Shown here one piece after another: positions 1-13,460 of a stretch of 64,000 nt of DNA. How positions within the stretch are numbered: position 1 is the stretch's first letter; each line of letters starts with the position of its first letter. A program made the position numbers and the translations under genes. Source of the DNA: Epiperipatus broadwayi (lineage: Eukaryota > Animalia > Onychophora); the NCBI GenBank assembly GCA_028023455.1, contig JAQFVV010000005.1:5766001-5830000 (forward strand), written 5' to 3'. Under the pieces are notes generated by a model that saw nothing but the letters and a program-made list of their open reading frames with translations, had not been told where the DNA came from and did no database searches.

Positions 1-190
1 GTCTCATCCAGGGGCCTTCAGGTTTAGGCCAATGAACTGTTTTATCTTTTGCTGGCATGTTTTGATTCATTATGCAATGCCAGCAACGGTGGACTTTAGA
101 CTTAATCTCTGTGTCCAAAGTTGGCCACCATACATATGCCCTTGCGAGCATCTTCATCCTGTCGATTGCGCCAAAGCTGCTGTGTTTGTC
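1..190 (-). pseudogene. Gypsy-type LTR retrotransposon integrase fragment (HHCC zinc-binding region), running off the left edge
   Basis: Minus strand translates HSSFGAIDRMKMLARAYVWWPTLDTEIKSKVHRCWHCIMNQNMPAKDKTVHWPKPEGPWMR, matching the Gypsy integrase pattern H..G..RMK.LAR.YVWWP..D.......C..C...W..P..PW. Confidence 0.85.
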
Positions 191-207
191 CAACCAACAG
201 TAAATAA

Positions 208-796
208 TGTAAAATAATACTGAAACCAGTATTACAATTAATATATTTATTATGTACAAATATATACAATACAATATATACAAATGAATATTTACAAGTT
301 GAATCTTGGAGTTTAACGTAACTCTGGGTTCTTCCTACTGCTTCCAGCCACTCCTGATGGCTTGCCTCATGGGTAGGGTCTATGACTCTTCCAGCTGTGC
401 AAGACAGCTTGACTCAAGCTGCAAGTGATCTTAGCAGCATCTGGTCTCTGTGGGAATTGCCTAGCTGCATAGATCTAAATAGCATAGTGCTATCAATGGG
501 AATACTTGCTGCTGTTTAAGTTAGCAGAGTTTCCCTGGGAGAATGCAAAGAGTCTGTTCAGGTTAGACACACTCTTCCTTGATCCTCACAAAAGACTGAC
601 TATTTATACCCAGATCCCTGACCTTATTAAAAACCTTTGGATTCAGCAAGCATTGTTGCTTATTGGCCTGTAATAATCATTGGCTATGCTGTTATCTATA
701 CATCAGCCTATTGGCCTGTGGCAAACAATGCTTAATCCGATCAGCTAAGGAGGCATCTGGAATAGTCCACTTCTGAGAGAAGGGAGGACTATAACA
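208..796 (-). mobile_element. LTR (589 bp) of a Gypsy-like element, joined almost directly to the integrase fragment
   Basis: Minus strand starts TGTTATAG and ends ATTTTACA. It contains three CCAAT motifs, TATAAATA (601-608) and AATAAA (246-251), and is GC-richer than its flanks. No TSD around it. Confidence 0.75.
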
Positions 797-1139
797 CTAA
801 GCAACTAAGTATAAGCTAGTAATTAAAACATACATATCCATACACCTTTTAAAAATGAATACTAGAATGCCTGTATAAATTAAATAGATACACTGTTATT
901 TGACCAAAAAATGCATTAAAATTCAGTTTTGAGAATAATCCTCAAAATTTTTTAACCATAGCTGCTACTAGAGAAAGGGTCACCTTTCATTAAAGAAGTT
1001 AGTGGCTATGTTTGTTTACCAGTCTCATCTTTGTATTTTGCCAGAGACAAATTATGCACCATTATTAAAACACTGTTCCAGAGACATTTGGAAAAAACAA
1101 ACAATATACATATTTAAATCAATAAAAATATATAAATAG

Positions 1140-1470
1140 AAAGCCAAATAAATCAAAAGATAGATGAGAGCAGAAATAGATAATGGTAGATTAATAGATA
1201 GATTGATAGATGAATGACATAAATAAATGGTTTATAGTCTGATGGATAAATAAATAGATAAATTGATAGCTGAAAGAATATATAGATGAATGGATAGTTG
1301 AATAGATTGATGTATGAATAGAAAAAAATGGATAGTAGGATAGGAATGGATTAACTGATAGAATGTCAGATAATAAAATAGACAAATAGATAAGCAGATA
1401 GATAAATACATAGATAGGAAGGTAAGCAAATAAATAGATTGAATGAATGGATAGGTAGTCAGATAAATGT
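1140..1470. repeat. Degenerate (ATAG/GATA)n simple repeat
   Basis: Repeated atag/gata/aatag/tgga words; explains the spurious SIY/LSI-rich ORFs at 1191-1429. Confidence 0.85.
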
Positions 1471-1616
1471 CATTAAATTAAGAAGTTTTTGAATCTTGAA
1501 AATATTTATCATATGTAAACCTAAGCCATTTTGAGATAAAGGGCACTGGAGTTGTCTGAGTGAAATAAAAGTCATACATCTTCCACATAGTAATTTTCTT
1601 TACAAAGAATATACAT

Positions 1617-1963
1617 TAACGAATAATATTTCTGTAATATAATTTTCACTACACCACTCTCATGCAAGATAGGAACTGGTTTCTATCAACATTTACCACC
1701 TCGTAGAGAGATATAATAATTAAACATATGATCAAAGATATATAACAAAAATCTACGATCCCCAAGATACACATTTCATGCTGAAAACCAGAATTCATCA
1801 GTTTGCCCAGCATTATCAGTGATCATAGATCTTTTTCATGTCTTCAGTCATATGTTTAATTATTACATCCTGCCATAAGGTGTTAAAAGCAAATAGAAAA
1901 CAGTTTCTATCTTGCATGAGAGTGATGTAGTGAAAATTAACACTACAGAAATATTATTCATTA
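1617..1963. mobile_element. Non-coding fold-back element (about 150-bp inverted arms) with a central hammerhead motif
   Basis: Left arm taacgaataatatttctgtaatataattttcactacaccactctcatgcaagatag... is the reverse complement of right arm ...ctatcttgcatgagagtgatgtagtgaaaattaacactacagaaatattattcatta. A related copy is at 13269-13460. Confidence 0.85.
1761..1808 (-). ncRNA. Type I hammerhead ribozyme motif, family A, mildly decayed
   Basis: Minus strand: CAAA CTGATGA ATTCTG gtttt CAGCAT GAAA TGTGT ATC TTGG. Core intact; one mismatch each in stems I and II. Confidence 0.7.
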
Positions 1964-3480
1964 TTTGATAATTTTTAGTCTAATGAATGATTAATAAAAA
2001 ATTATTAAAGAATATGCATGTTTGGCAAAAGTTTTTATACAGATTATTATTGAAAATAATATGTGATAATGGGTATTTATTAAAAAGTTAAATCAAGGTT
2101 TTTGGAATAAAGAGAGAAATATGATTTTGAAAGTGATTGAATATTTTCAATTTTATTTTTTTCCTATATTAAAGAGTGCATTGTGGACCTATTCATGTGA
2201 AAAGGAAAATCCAAGAATGGACTTGGCTCTCTTTTTAAAGTATTGATTATATTTTTATCATATGTTTATATCCCAGGCACAACTTTTTTCCATATTAAAC
2301 TTAAATTTATATTCACTTGAGTATGCTTGTAAAATCTGTAGTAATGCTAAAATTTGTTTTTGTGATGTTACAAAGATTGAGTTGTCATTCTCATGAAGGC
2401 AATATTAGTTTTTAATCCTGGCATGCATATTCCATATAATTTTTTTTTTTAATTTTAATAAGTGATAGATTGATACAAGTGGCAAAAAGTAGGGCACTTA
2501 ATGGGGAGTTTTGTGGAATAGAATAATATGGAATAAAGAAGGAATAATATTTTCCATTTAGTTTTATATGTATTTGTCTATTTAATAATAAATTTATGGG
2601 AAATATAGAGTAGTTAACTAAATATATTAATATCTGATATTGTATTTATAAGGTCGATTAAAACCATATCAAAACTACTCTGATATCTAACTGGATTACT
2701 ATAAGAATGTACTTTTTTTAGTTTCTAACTGCATCTCCTACAATCTTTAACAGAAATGCAGTTTAATCAGTGGAAGAACTTTCTTTTCTAGTTGCATTTT
2801 TGACAATAATTATAATAGATAAAGCTCTATTTTGTCTTTGATTACTGATTCAAGTATCAGTGGATTCATTGATATAGATCACAGATTTATGAATGTGGAT
2901 TTTTAAAAAAAAACATAGTCCATGCACTTGATATACTTTTTTGATAAAAAATTTGCCATGTTTATTAAAACCATTGCTGTAAATTGGATTAAATGAGTAT
3001 AAACAAATTAAAAATCTCTCAGGAATATAAGTTTATTTATATCCACCATGAAACATGTCACACACTGACTGTTTTATAAAGATAAACTGTGGATATATAC
3101 TTTTAAATAATTTTAACTTTATGAATTTTGTTATTGGACTTTCATGCCAAAGTTTGTTTTCATTTTTTATTGATCTTCACCAAATACAAATACAATGCCA
3201 TCTTCTGGGATAGAAAGAATATGTGGAGATAGATTAATAAATATTTATATACAGAAGTAGCAACTTATTATTTCCAGTGCACTCTAAGTGCAGTGAGAAA
3301 TTGGACTGAGGAGGAATGATTTAATGCTCAGCAAATAAAATTTTATTTTATATATTATTTTCTTGGTGGTCTCCTGGATCTCTGAAGCTGGATCTTCTGA
3401 AACTCACACTTATTATGAACTCTCAAGCAAAAAAGCCATTTGAATATAATATTTATTCACTTAATAATCAAACAATCTTT

Positions 3481-4059
3481 TTATAATAGAAAACAATTTT
3501 TGTTTTGTTTTATTGTTGTGGACTTGAATTGATTTGTGCTAGAGGGTCTGATTATGGAATTTAAGGTCCAATCTCACCCAGATCTGTTACTGTCAGCATT
3601 TGAAATTTTGATAAATTCTTAAACAGTAAGATCATTATATTTTTATTTGTTGTTGTTTTTCTCATCTTTATTTAGAAAGAGTGAAACAAAAAAATAAATA
3701 ACTTTTCAATCCAAATTCACAAAAAGCATATAAATGAAAAACAATTTAAATAATACATATGGAAGCTAGGGGTTATAATAGAAAACAATTTTTGTTTTAT
3801 TGTTGTGGACTTGAATTGGTTTGTGCTAGAGGGTCTGATTATGGAACTTAAGGTCCAATCTCACCCAGATCTGTTACTGTCAGCATTTGAAATTTTGATA
3901 AATTCTTAAACAGTAAGATCATTATATTTTTATTTGTTGTTGTTTTTCTCATCTTTATTTAGAAAGAGTGAAACAAAAAAATAAATAACTTTTCAATCCA
4001 AATTCACAAAAAGCATACATATGAAAAACAATTTAAATAATACATATGGAAGCTAGGGG
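3481..4059 (+). repeat. Recent tandem duplication (292-bp + 287-bp units)
   Basis: 3481-3772 and 3773-4059 are near-identical apart from a 5-bp indel and a few substitutions; TTA microhomology at the junctions. Confidence 0.95.
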
Positions 4060-7000
4060 TTAACATGGAGAGAGGAAAAGTATTCTCATTCCCATAAAAT
4101 GGGCACAAATATAAAAGAAAGGAGCTTAATAATATACATGATGAGATGGCAAACCATCATTATCTCCATTGAATAATCAAAAACATCGAATAATGAGCAT
4201 GAAAATCAGCAAAGAATAAAAGTATATAAAACTATAAGTAGTTATACTAATAATAAAACTAATAAGCTAAAACAGGTTATAAACTACAAATTACCCTGCA
4301 TTAACAGAAGTAATGAAATCATCTGGATTTAAATGATATTTATTCTATAAAATAGTCCACTTATCTAACCATTACCAAACTTTGGGCAGAATATAATACA
4401 ATATTTTGGTGCACATACATAAGTGCTAATCTATCATTCCTAATAACTACTGGGATACTGATACATGCTGATCATCATCAATGCTCTGGCCATATAGTAT
4501 CATTAGTTTACTGCCAAATATAAACTTCATTTCTAATAAAAACAATGCAGTGAATGAAAATTAAAGGTGATGCATTTGCCTCATCCAATCCAAACATAAA
4601 CTCTTACATCAATAAAACTTAACTATTATTGTTCTCTAAAGCTAACTCAAGATTGTAAGACTCAAGGCATTGTAAACAAGAGAAAGATAAATATACCAAC
4701 TTATTCTATTTTAAATTTACTGGAATAATTTCAAAAATTCTAAAACACTACACCATATAATAAAATGAAATCATACTCACTGCCAATTTATAGAACAGAT
4801 AGCTGAAGGAATAAAAACTGTAACACTAGAATATTTTTAAACAATTATTTAATAAACAGTTAATAATTAAAATTAAAAATTACATGATAATATGATAATT
4901 CCAATTTATACATTTTATCAAAAATATGATTTCACATAGCATATATGATAAACTGGTTGATATTTATTCCATAAATTAATTAACTTTTGCTTGCCTCTTA
5001 AATAACAAATGTTGGTAAATAACTTTCATAATCAGAGATAAGAAAGTTTTAAATTAGTCATCAATAGTCATCAACTCTTTGTACAATTTTGGAGGAAAAA
5101 TCAAATGAATAAAAAAATGTTTCAAAAGAAATGTTAAATTTAATAAAAATTAAATTATCTAAAAAATATCCTTTTTATAATTCTGAAAAAAAAAAAGAAT
5201 AATAAAAAAACATGTTCATAAAAAATGCTAAATTAATAAAAATTACTCATTATGACCAAGTATTATTTCTATAAAAATTATCTATAAATGTAGAGATAAT
5301 GTGCACATTAAAAATACCTTTTACCAGAGTTTTATCTTGCTTTTTGAATCCTACTTTGGCATTTGTAATATCCAGTTTTTATATAGGATTTCTTCTTGAA
5401 GTTTTCTTCATACCAAACTAATGTAAACAGTTAATTTATCCATTCTGCAATGCAATATTTTTAGGTTTCCAAAAAATGAATTTTTCCATTTTTTCCATCC
5501 ATTTATTTTCAAATCAGGCTAACACTTATTGAGTTTATTCATTTTTATTAATAATTGCCCATGTCAGGCTAACATATAAAGAGAAAGACAGTCACTCATA
5601 GCATATATTTGTCTTCATTTTAGAAAACATTTTTAAACAGCTGAGCTGCATTTGTTTAATAATTAAATTTAAAATCACTGATATTGCATCCCTCAACAGT
5701 TAGATGAAGACATCTCTTCTTACAAGACATTGAGATCTATTGATTTCCCCTCTCCTCTATGGTATTTTTTTTAAAACAATCCTATCTTCAACCAATCACA
5801 ATCACATCTCGAATATGACCTAAATTAAACACTGACCAATTAGATCCCTTTTTACAAAAAGATGTTCAGCTATTTCTCTTCTTTTTTTAATTAAAATTTT
5901 CCAATCATAATTTTGAAATTCCTCTTTAATTAGTTTTTTTCTTATACCAAAAATATGATAAACTTTTAATCACTCTTGATTTGGTAAACATTGTTTATTG
6001 TTTTGGATAGAGATAAAGAGATAAGAAAAAAACCAACTCTAATCAATTAAAACAAAAATTTAACAAAAAATATTAAAATCTCATTTTTTCTTTTCTTTTA
6101 AAACTTTATTTATTTATCTCTCTAATTATTATCTTTTAAAAGTTAAAATTAAAACATCACTTATTTACCTCAAAAAAATTTTAAACAAAAAAAAATTAAA
6201 ACTGATAAATAATTAAAATTACTGAATCGAGAGAATAAAAAAAATATTTATTTGATTTTATACTTTTTTCTTTTTTATATATAATTCTTAATAAATTATA
6301 ATAATATATTATTTAAAAATATGTTTTTTATCATCATTAAAAACATTAATGTTTTATATTATAAAAAACATATGGGAAACTTAAATCTATCATTTCCTTC
6401 TTAACTACACAATATAATTTAAGAAGATTGTAATATTGATATGACCAGATTTGGCCACTGTATACGCTATTACACTATATATATTGTAGCAGTCGATGCC
6501 TATCCTGTAAATTCATATTATACACAAAAGTGAACATGAGATTACTGTCACACATCAGAATATGGCAACCTACATAAATTCTAAAATGAATGAATTAAAG
6601 CAATTTAATTGAAGTTTAAATGATAAAGATCAAACCAATGTTGGTTATATTTCTTGATCTCTCTCTAACCAAAAGTCTATTGCCATAGTGATTGATATCA
6701 TGAGGATGGCTGTGGCATACCTTTGAAATGCAGAATTTTAATCTTGCCCTTACATGTAATTTTTGGAAAAAGAAAACAGTCTCCAGAAAGGATATATTAC
6801 TATCAACAGAATATACAAAACAAGATAAGAAAATAAAGAAAAGATATCAGCATGTGAACAAACTTTTAATAACTATGGTCAAGTATCATCCCATAGGCTT
6901 TTCCTCAGTCAACTACTCATCTCAAGTAAATAGTGGCTTATGATACTATTGGAAATTTGTATAATCTTGTTGAAGAGAGAGAAATAAAATGAAACACTCA

Positions 7001-7615
7001 TAAATAAATAATTTAAAAATAAAAAAAATATTTATTTTTTCCCAAATAAACCCATCATCATTTACACACACATGAATAAACTATATTTGATTAACATAAG
7101 TGTTATAATAAAGAAAAATCCAAAGTACACTAATTTAATTAAATACAGAACTCCCCTTCCTATTTTCATCTAAATACTCTTGAATAACATGGTTTGAGTT
7201 TCTACCCACCCACAGGTTAAGCATTACTTTTATTACAGATAATAGCAATATATATATATATGCATTCTTCCCACTTCTGTGTTAAATATTTTTATAACTA
7301 TGTATTTGTATGTAAATCAAATGCCCAGAGACAAAAGCAAAGCAATATAATTTTCAAGCAATTTAAATTTCTTTATACTATGGGCATATAAGTGTGTTAC
7401 AAGCAACAACAAAAATTAAAAAAAAATACACATATATACATATACACATTTCAGCTTTCTCAGATTAATGTGGGAGTATTGTTTAAAGTAGAAAAATCCA
7501 ACACTTTGTAGACAGACAAGAGAGCATATATGTAATACAATATATATATATATCAATAAATTTTATCTTCTCAAAGCATACTGATAATAATAAATTAGAA
7601 TAAAAAAAATTATAC

Positions 7616-7763
7616 CATCCGGCTTTTTCTGGTTTTTTCCTCCAGATGTCAGAACTTTTGAGTATATTACAAAGCATGACAATAGGATAGTGAGGACTTC
7701 CCTTCTTTTCAGCAAAATGTAGGAATTTAGGTGTTCATCATCATTATCATCTGGCATTGGTCG
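7616..7763 (-). CDS. Candidate isolated coding exon, product unknown
   Basis: Pyrimidine-rich acceptor ttccttctacactgttgccatgtag and donor GATG|gtataa; one open frame RPMPDDNDDEHLNSYILLKRREVLTILLSCFVIYSKVLTSGGKNQKKPD. No recognised homology. Confidence 0.2.
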
Positions 7764-10700
7764 CTACATGGCAACAGTGTAGAAGGAATCAGGCAAATAC
7801 ACTGACATGGGGAGTTTCCTCCATTTTATTATATTGACTAATTTATGCAACTTCATTTGTATTCAAGTTTCTACTATATATTTTTTCTTTATCATAGCAA
7901 CAGCAAACTATTAACTAATTGCACATCTTTTGGGGGACTTTTATTCATAGCTGTACTCTGCTTTGTTCCCTTTTTATCAACTTTTTTAATTGTTTGATAA
8001 CCAGATTCTTTTTCTTAAATCTACAGATGGATTCTCAAATATGGCCCTAATAAAACAGCCTCAGCAGTCTACAATAAACAAATAACATCAGTCAGATGGT
8101 CTTCCTAGACCTGTGGTCAAATACTTAACTATCTGAGCACTTAACAGAAGACCAAAGAATGCAGTAATGTAAACCAAATATTTCAGTGAAGGGGCCAATG
8201 AAAAAAGACCAAGAGACCCATCCAGAACCTGTTGAACAGTATTTATATGATCCTCATCCAAATATACTTTGAATACCCCCCCCCCCCAAATCACTATTGC
8301 ATCAACTGCCTCTATTTTCTTGGCCAATGGATTACAACAATGAGTACAGCTTTTTACACCTTATTCTTTCTTAATATTTAATTTTATTTTTAAATTTTCA
8401 CTCAGACCATCTTACTTGATCAAGGAGTTCTGCTTAAATCAATTTTCTAAATTTTAAGACAATGGGGAAAGTTTTTTCACTTTTCCCTCTTACAAAAAAT
8501 TGAAACAAACAACTCTAAAGTAGAATCATTCTAGATTTTTCTCTACAGATTTGTTTTTAAAAATAAAATACAAAGCAGGATGGCCATTTCCATCTCTTCA
8601 TGAAAAATAAAATTTGGTCAAACAATAACAACCTGCATTTGCTTTAACTTATTAACAAAAATAAATAAATGATAAACATAAAAAAATAGACATTTAGAAC
8701 ATTTATAATCACTTTGATCATCCCTTTTTATATATATATTCTAACACATAAACAATTTGAAAATGCAAATTGGAAAAATTTATAATAGTTTAAAATAAAA
8801 ACAATAATCATATATAAAAATTATAAATCATAACCTTTAATACTTCATTTATTTCTTTGTGTACGTAAAAATATATGCACAGACGACCATCATTCATTTA
8901 ACAGTATGCTTATATAATTTGTACTTGATTTATTATTATAATGGATATAAAAGATAAATCTATATACATGTAAGTAGTTGTAGCTTTAGCTAATGCCACC
9001 TTGTGCCTGACCACCCCAAGAGTGCCTGTCACTATATATATATATATACATTTATAGTATTTATATTTTGTAAACAATTAAAATTTAAAACTGTATCAAA
9101 TCTTTTGAGCACAGTCTGCTTGTTTATACTATACACTTATACATATATAACAGACAAATCATACATTGCGATACAATATAACATATATTTGATTCAAGGT
9201 TATTCATTTAAAACTTTAAACGTGGTTAAATATGAAAGTCATACATCGTATATGTGGAGAAAGGTAAGCATGTAAGAAGACACATTGAAATGGTTAAATA
9301 CAGTCTACTTGTTAGTCCTTATTCTTAATTTATATACAAATGCACGCACATAATAAAACAAGCAAACAATTATTATTTAATAAAGAAATTAATAAATAGC
9401 CCTTTAATTATTTTTATTTTACAAAATATTTTTGGTTACCTGAGCTCAGTCTATAACAATAAAAATAAATAGTTATTATAAGAAGAAAGCTTCTCATTCC
9501 CTTGAAAAAGCTTAGATCTAAATTTTTAAAAAAAGCTATCATGTAAGCCATATGTAAAGCAAGAGACATTGATTTGGTTAATAGAATAAACTCGTAATTC
9601 TCTCTTTTTCAAGACACCAGAAAAAAAGTAAATATATTGTAAAAATGTATATTAAAAATTATAGATAAATACTATTTGATGATTGTTTATTAAAATATTG
9701 TATAGATATAGATATTGAGTATTTCTCAGATATAATTCAATATGTTCTACATATGTGTGTGCATACATAATATATATGTCATTATTTAGGTTTATTTGTA
9801 TATGATTTATAATATTATTTTAAAGACATTTCGACTGAGTTGCTTTTGGCTGCCAGCTGGTAAATAAATGGTTCTATAACAAACTGTTACAAAAACCCTG
9901 TAAGCATATGGTTCAATCAAGAAAAACAAAAACAGAAAATTTTAAAATAAAAAAGTTGGGATGGAATGAGAGTAGATAAGAAAAACAGTATAAAAGTTAA
10001 CAGCTATTTAGATTAATAAGCTGAATAGACATTAATTTCTGTATTGTTTTTTCATCTACTATCATCTAGTTCCACTTTTATATTATACATTTTTTTATTC
10101 CTCTTTGTTCTTGGTTAAATCTTTATTTTTGATTGTATGTCAATATTTACAGTGCCTCCATAGTTGATGACTGTTGTCACCAGGTGAAATGCCAATATGA
10201 TTGAATATGGATGTACCCAAATAATATGACATTTATATCAGCAGTGCATAAAAATCTTCATTTTAAATAGTACGCAATATACATCATTTTAATATAGACA
10301 CATCATGGCTAATTTCAATTATAATGATTAGATAATTTTTTTTAAAATTATAAATAATGTTTGCTAATTAGTAATTTATTATAAAAATAATTTACTTCAT
10401 TGTTTTAAATTTTTAAGCTGTTTAAATTGATAATTATATGCTTTGGTCAAATTTTATAACTGAATTGGTATTTGAAAATGTAGGGTATTTATTTGTAAGA
10501 TGTTTAAAAGAAAGGCAACAATTTTCACACACACACACACACAAAGAGAAAAAAGAACTTTTTAAAAAACAAGTAGCATAATAAAATAAAAAGTTACAGC
10601 TGATGTTAATCATTATTAGACATTCTTAGTTTTAAAAAAAAAGTTATCTCTGGATTCCAACTATAAGTGTGTAGTTATGAACATTAAAAGTTTCTAGATT

Positions 10701-13098
10701 ACAATTCAATCGTCTGCTTCTAATGCTCAAGTATCACATGACCTCAAGTGATTAATAATTAATTTATTTTTATTATTATAAAAAGCTAATCATTTAAAAA
10801 TGAGTGTTAGGTTACATTTATTTTATTTACTACCAGTTCAATAAAATTCAATCCAATTTCAAAATCATAAATAAAGAAGTTAAAATTACTAAAACTGATC
10901 AAATACTATAACTTATACAGTTATATATGCAATTAAAATTTACATCTAATAACAACCATTACAACATTCTTAAAATTATAAGCTCAACACAAGATTGTAA
11001 CAAATTTATTATAAATTGAGATATTCATATAGAGTAATTAATATATTGCATTCCTTCAAATCACATACAAATTTTCAGTAAAATAGAGTAGAAAATATCT
11101 TCATAGTTTTGAATCTGCTGTTTCTTCATTAATTTATTTTTCTGTGAAATTAATCATCGCTATTAGTGAAAAATTTTAATTACATTCTAATAAAAATAAA
11201 ATTAGAACTTGTAGAGTTGTAATCAAACAATGGTATTGTTATCTACTTGTTAGCACAATTTATTCTTATTTATGGTTCTTTCACAGTTACATGATTGGTT
11301 CTTGTTAATGACAGAATCAAGTAATTATTATTCTCTCATTTTAAATATATATGTGAAAATCTAGTTTTCAAAAATGTTATGATATCTTTCTAAAATAAAA
11401 ATATCTCTAGTGTCCTAGGTTTTAAAATAAGAGAAATATATAAATATATAACTTACTATAGAACATGGTCTTTTCAACAGTTTTCCAAAATAAACTGTGA
11501 AGGAAAAACATTATTCACCAGATTTGCTTTTAGTGACAAATGTTTTTAACAGTCTTTCTAGGATAAACATTTATAGATTTATAATTTTTGATGAATGGAG
11601 TCATATAATTAAATCAAACAATTTTTAAATAATTTACTACAGAACAAAGAGACTTGTTCATCAGCCTTACTATTTATTAGATGACAATGATTTTAGAAAA
11701 TTTCCATCTTCATTTTACACTCTAGTTAAGGACAGTTAAATATCTATTTACTGAACAATAATTGTGTTGCTTTCTGAGTTATTTATCAGCAAGAAGAACA
11801 AAACCTAAGCCTACTCGTATCCAGAAAAAAAAATCAACTTTTACTCAACCCAAAGTCGAATTCTAGACCTTGGAATAATTATTTTGGCATAAATCTCAGC
11901 ATTATATACATGATCACTTTTCCATTATTTTAATTTAGCAAAAAAAAAAAAAAAAAATGTTTTCATGAATTTCTTTGTATAGTTTGCATTAATAGTTGTC
12001 CTTCTTGAAGATTACTTTCAATTGCAGTCTGCTTCAGGTTTATTTACACTCTGAAATTGCAACAGTTAATCAGTACATCATAAATTTCATGTTAAATGCT
12101 TAAAATTATTGCATTTAATATATCAATAAATTGAAGGCTTTTTCTTCTATCTTAGTGAAAAGAAAGAGAAGTCAATACATCTTTTAACAGACAGAATAAT
12201 GATAAAATTATATAATTTATTAGATGCATTTTATAAGAGGTAATTTATAAACTACTATCTCTGTAGTTATTTGTTTAAATATATATATATATATTAAATT
12301 GAAATTTTAAAATGCAAAATTACTGGAAAATAATTTTCTATATTAGAATCAACTATACAGAAATCTAAATTAATAGTATTGCTGTGTTTAATTAAAGCTG
12401 AAAATTTTTAGTAAATAGTAGGTTTATAATAGATATTAGATTTAGTGGCAATATATTGCTGGAGAAAGGAGTTATCAGATAAGGGGCACAACTTTAAGAT
12501 AGAATTCACATTTTGTGCATAAAATGAATTTAATTAATTAATAATTATTTTCTGTATGAAGAATTGATCATCTCAAATAACTACAATTTTGTGTGCATAT
12601 AGGGTAAATATTTATTAAACAAAACGTTCCTTTACATAAATATGACAAATAAACTGGATTTGACAGATGAATGATGATAGGCTGATCATAAAGTAGAATT
12701 GAAATATGATATGAATTACATCATCAGTGAGAAAGTTAATGTATAGTTGTAAATATTGGATGAGCAATTTTAATACAAGATATGTATATATATACACACA
12801 ATTAAATGAAATTTAAAAATTGTATTATTTAGCTATGAGGTGATGTTCAATTGATCACATGCTATTTTATTAAGCTGAAGATTCTGGTTCTATTTTGAGT
12901 AGAGCAGGATTTGCCTTGTTTTGTCCCTAGGCGGAAATATTATTACATTCTTTCCCTATAGCAAAAAATAAAACATAAAAAATATTAATAATAATAACAA
13001 AAATATTTTAAAAATATATAAGTAGGTATATTAAAACAAAATGGCAAACAAATTTCTATTTATTCAGTATATATAGATAACAAATTACTACAGTTTAA

Positions 13099-13200
13099 TT
13101 TTTTTTCCTCATATGTCATAGCATCAGCTGGGAAGCGAACCCGCTAACCAGGACAACTGCTTGTAACACAGCTGTCACTGACCTCTTGACCACCATCTCA
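13099..13200 (-). mobile_element. tRNA(Gly)-derived SINE-like copy
   Basis: A-box-like TGGTCAAGAGG, B-box-like GGGTTCGCTTCCC, 3' CTGATGC then TATGACATATGAGG(A)n; same family as 58649-58744. Confidence 0.65.
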
Positions 13201-13268
13201 CAACTTTGACACAAATCACTTAATGAAAGTATATTAATAATTTTTATTAGTCTAGAGATTATCCAATA

Positions 13269-13460
13269 ATGAATAATATTTCCATAGTGTAATTTTCAAT
13301 ATATCACTGTCTTGCAAAGTAGGGACTGGTTTCTATCCACTTTTAGCTCATTGTAGAGGGATATAATCAGAAATACATAACCAATGACATGTGAAAAAGA
13401 TCTATGGTTCCCAAGATGCACATTTCGTGCAATATCAGCATTCATCGGTTGGCCCAGATC
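13269..13460 (-). mobile_element. Second copy of the family A hammerhead repeat, within a partial direct duplication (13081-13300 / 13511-13670)
   Basis: Aligns with 1617-1810. Flanking blocks caaattactacagttta and ctcacaactttgacacaaatc...aataatgaataatattt each occur twice. Confidence 0.8.
13410..13455 (-). ncRNA. Type I hammerhead ribozyme motif, family A (U4>C core mutation)
   Basis: Minus strand: CCAA CCGATGA ATGC tgatatt GCAC GAAA TGTGC ATC TTGG. Stems I and III are perfect. Confidence 0.7.

Noticed and set aside
1191-1429. Two short minus-strand ORFs rich in S/I/Y/L
   Set aside because: They are translations of the degenerate ATAG microsatellite.
5690-6470. Possible transposase relic with a single CAGTGGCC-type end at about 6455-6462
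   Set aside because: No partner TIR and no recognisable catalytic motif.
8088-8327. 79-aa hydrophobic ORF, superficially like a PAP2/membrane protein segment
   Set aside because: It spans a poly-C run, has a non-ATG start, and the motif spacing does not fit PAP2.
11630-11675. CTGATGA followed by a small hairpin (minus strand)
   Set aside because: No GAAA or NUH; CTGATGA alone is expected several times by chance in 64 kb.
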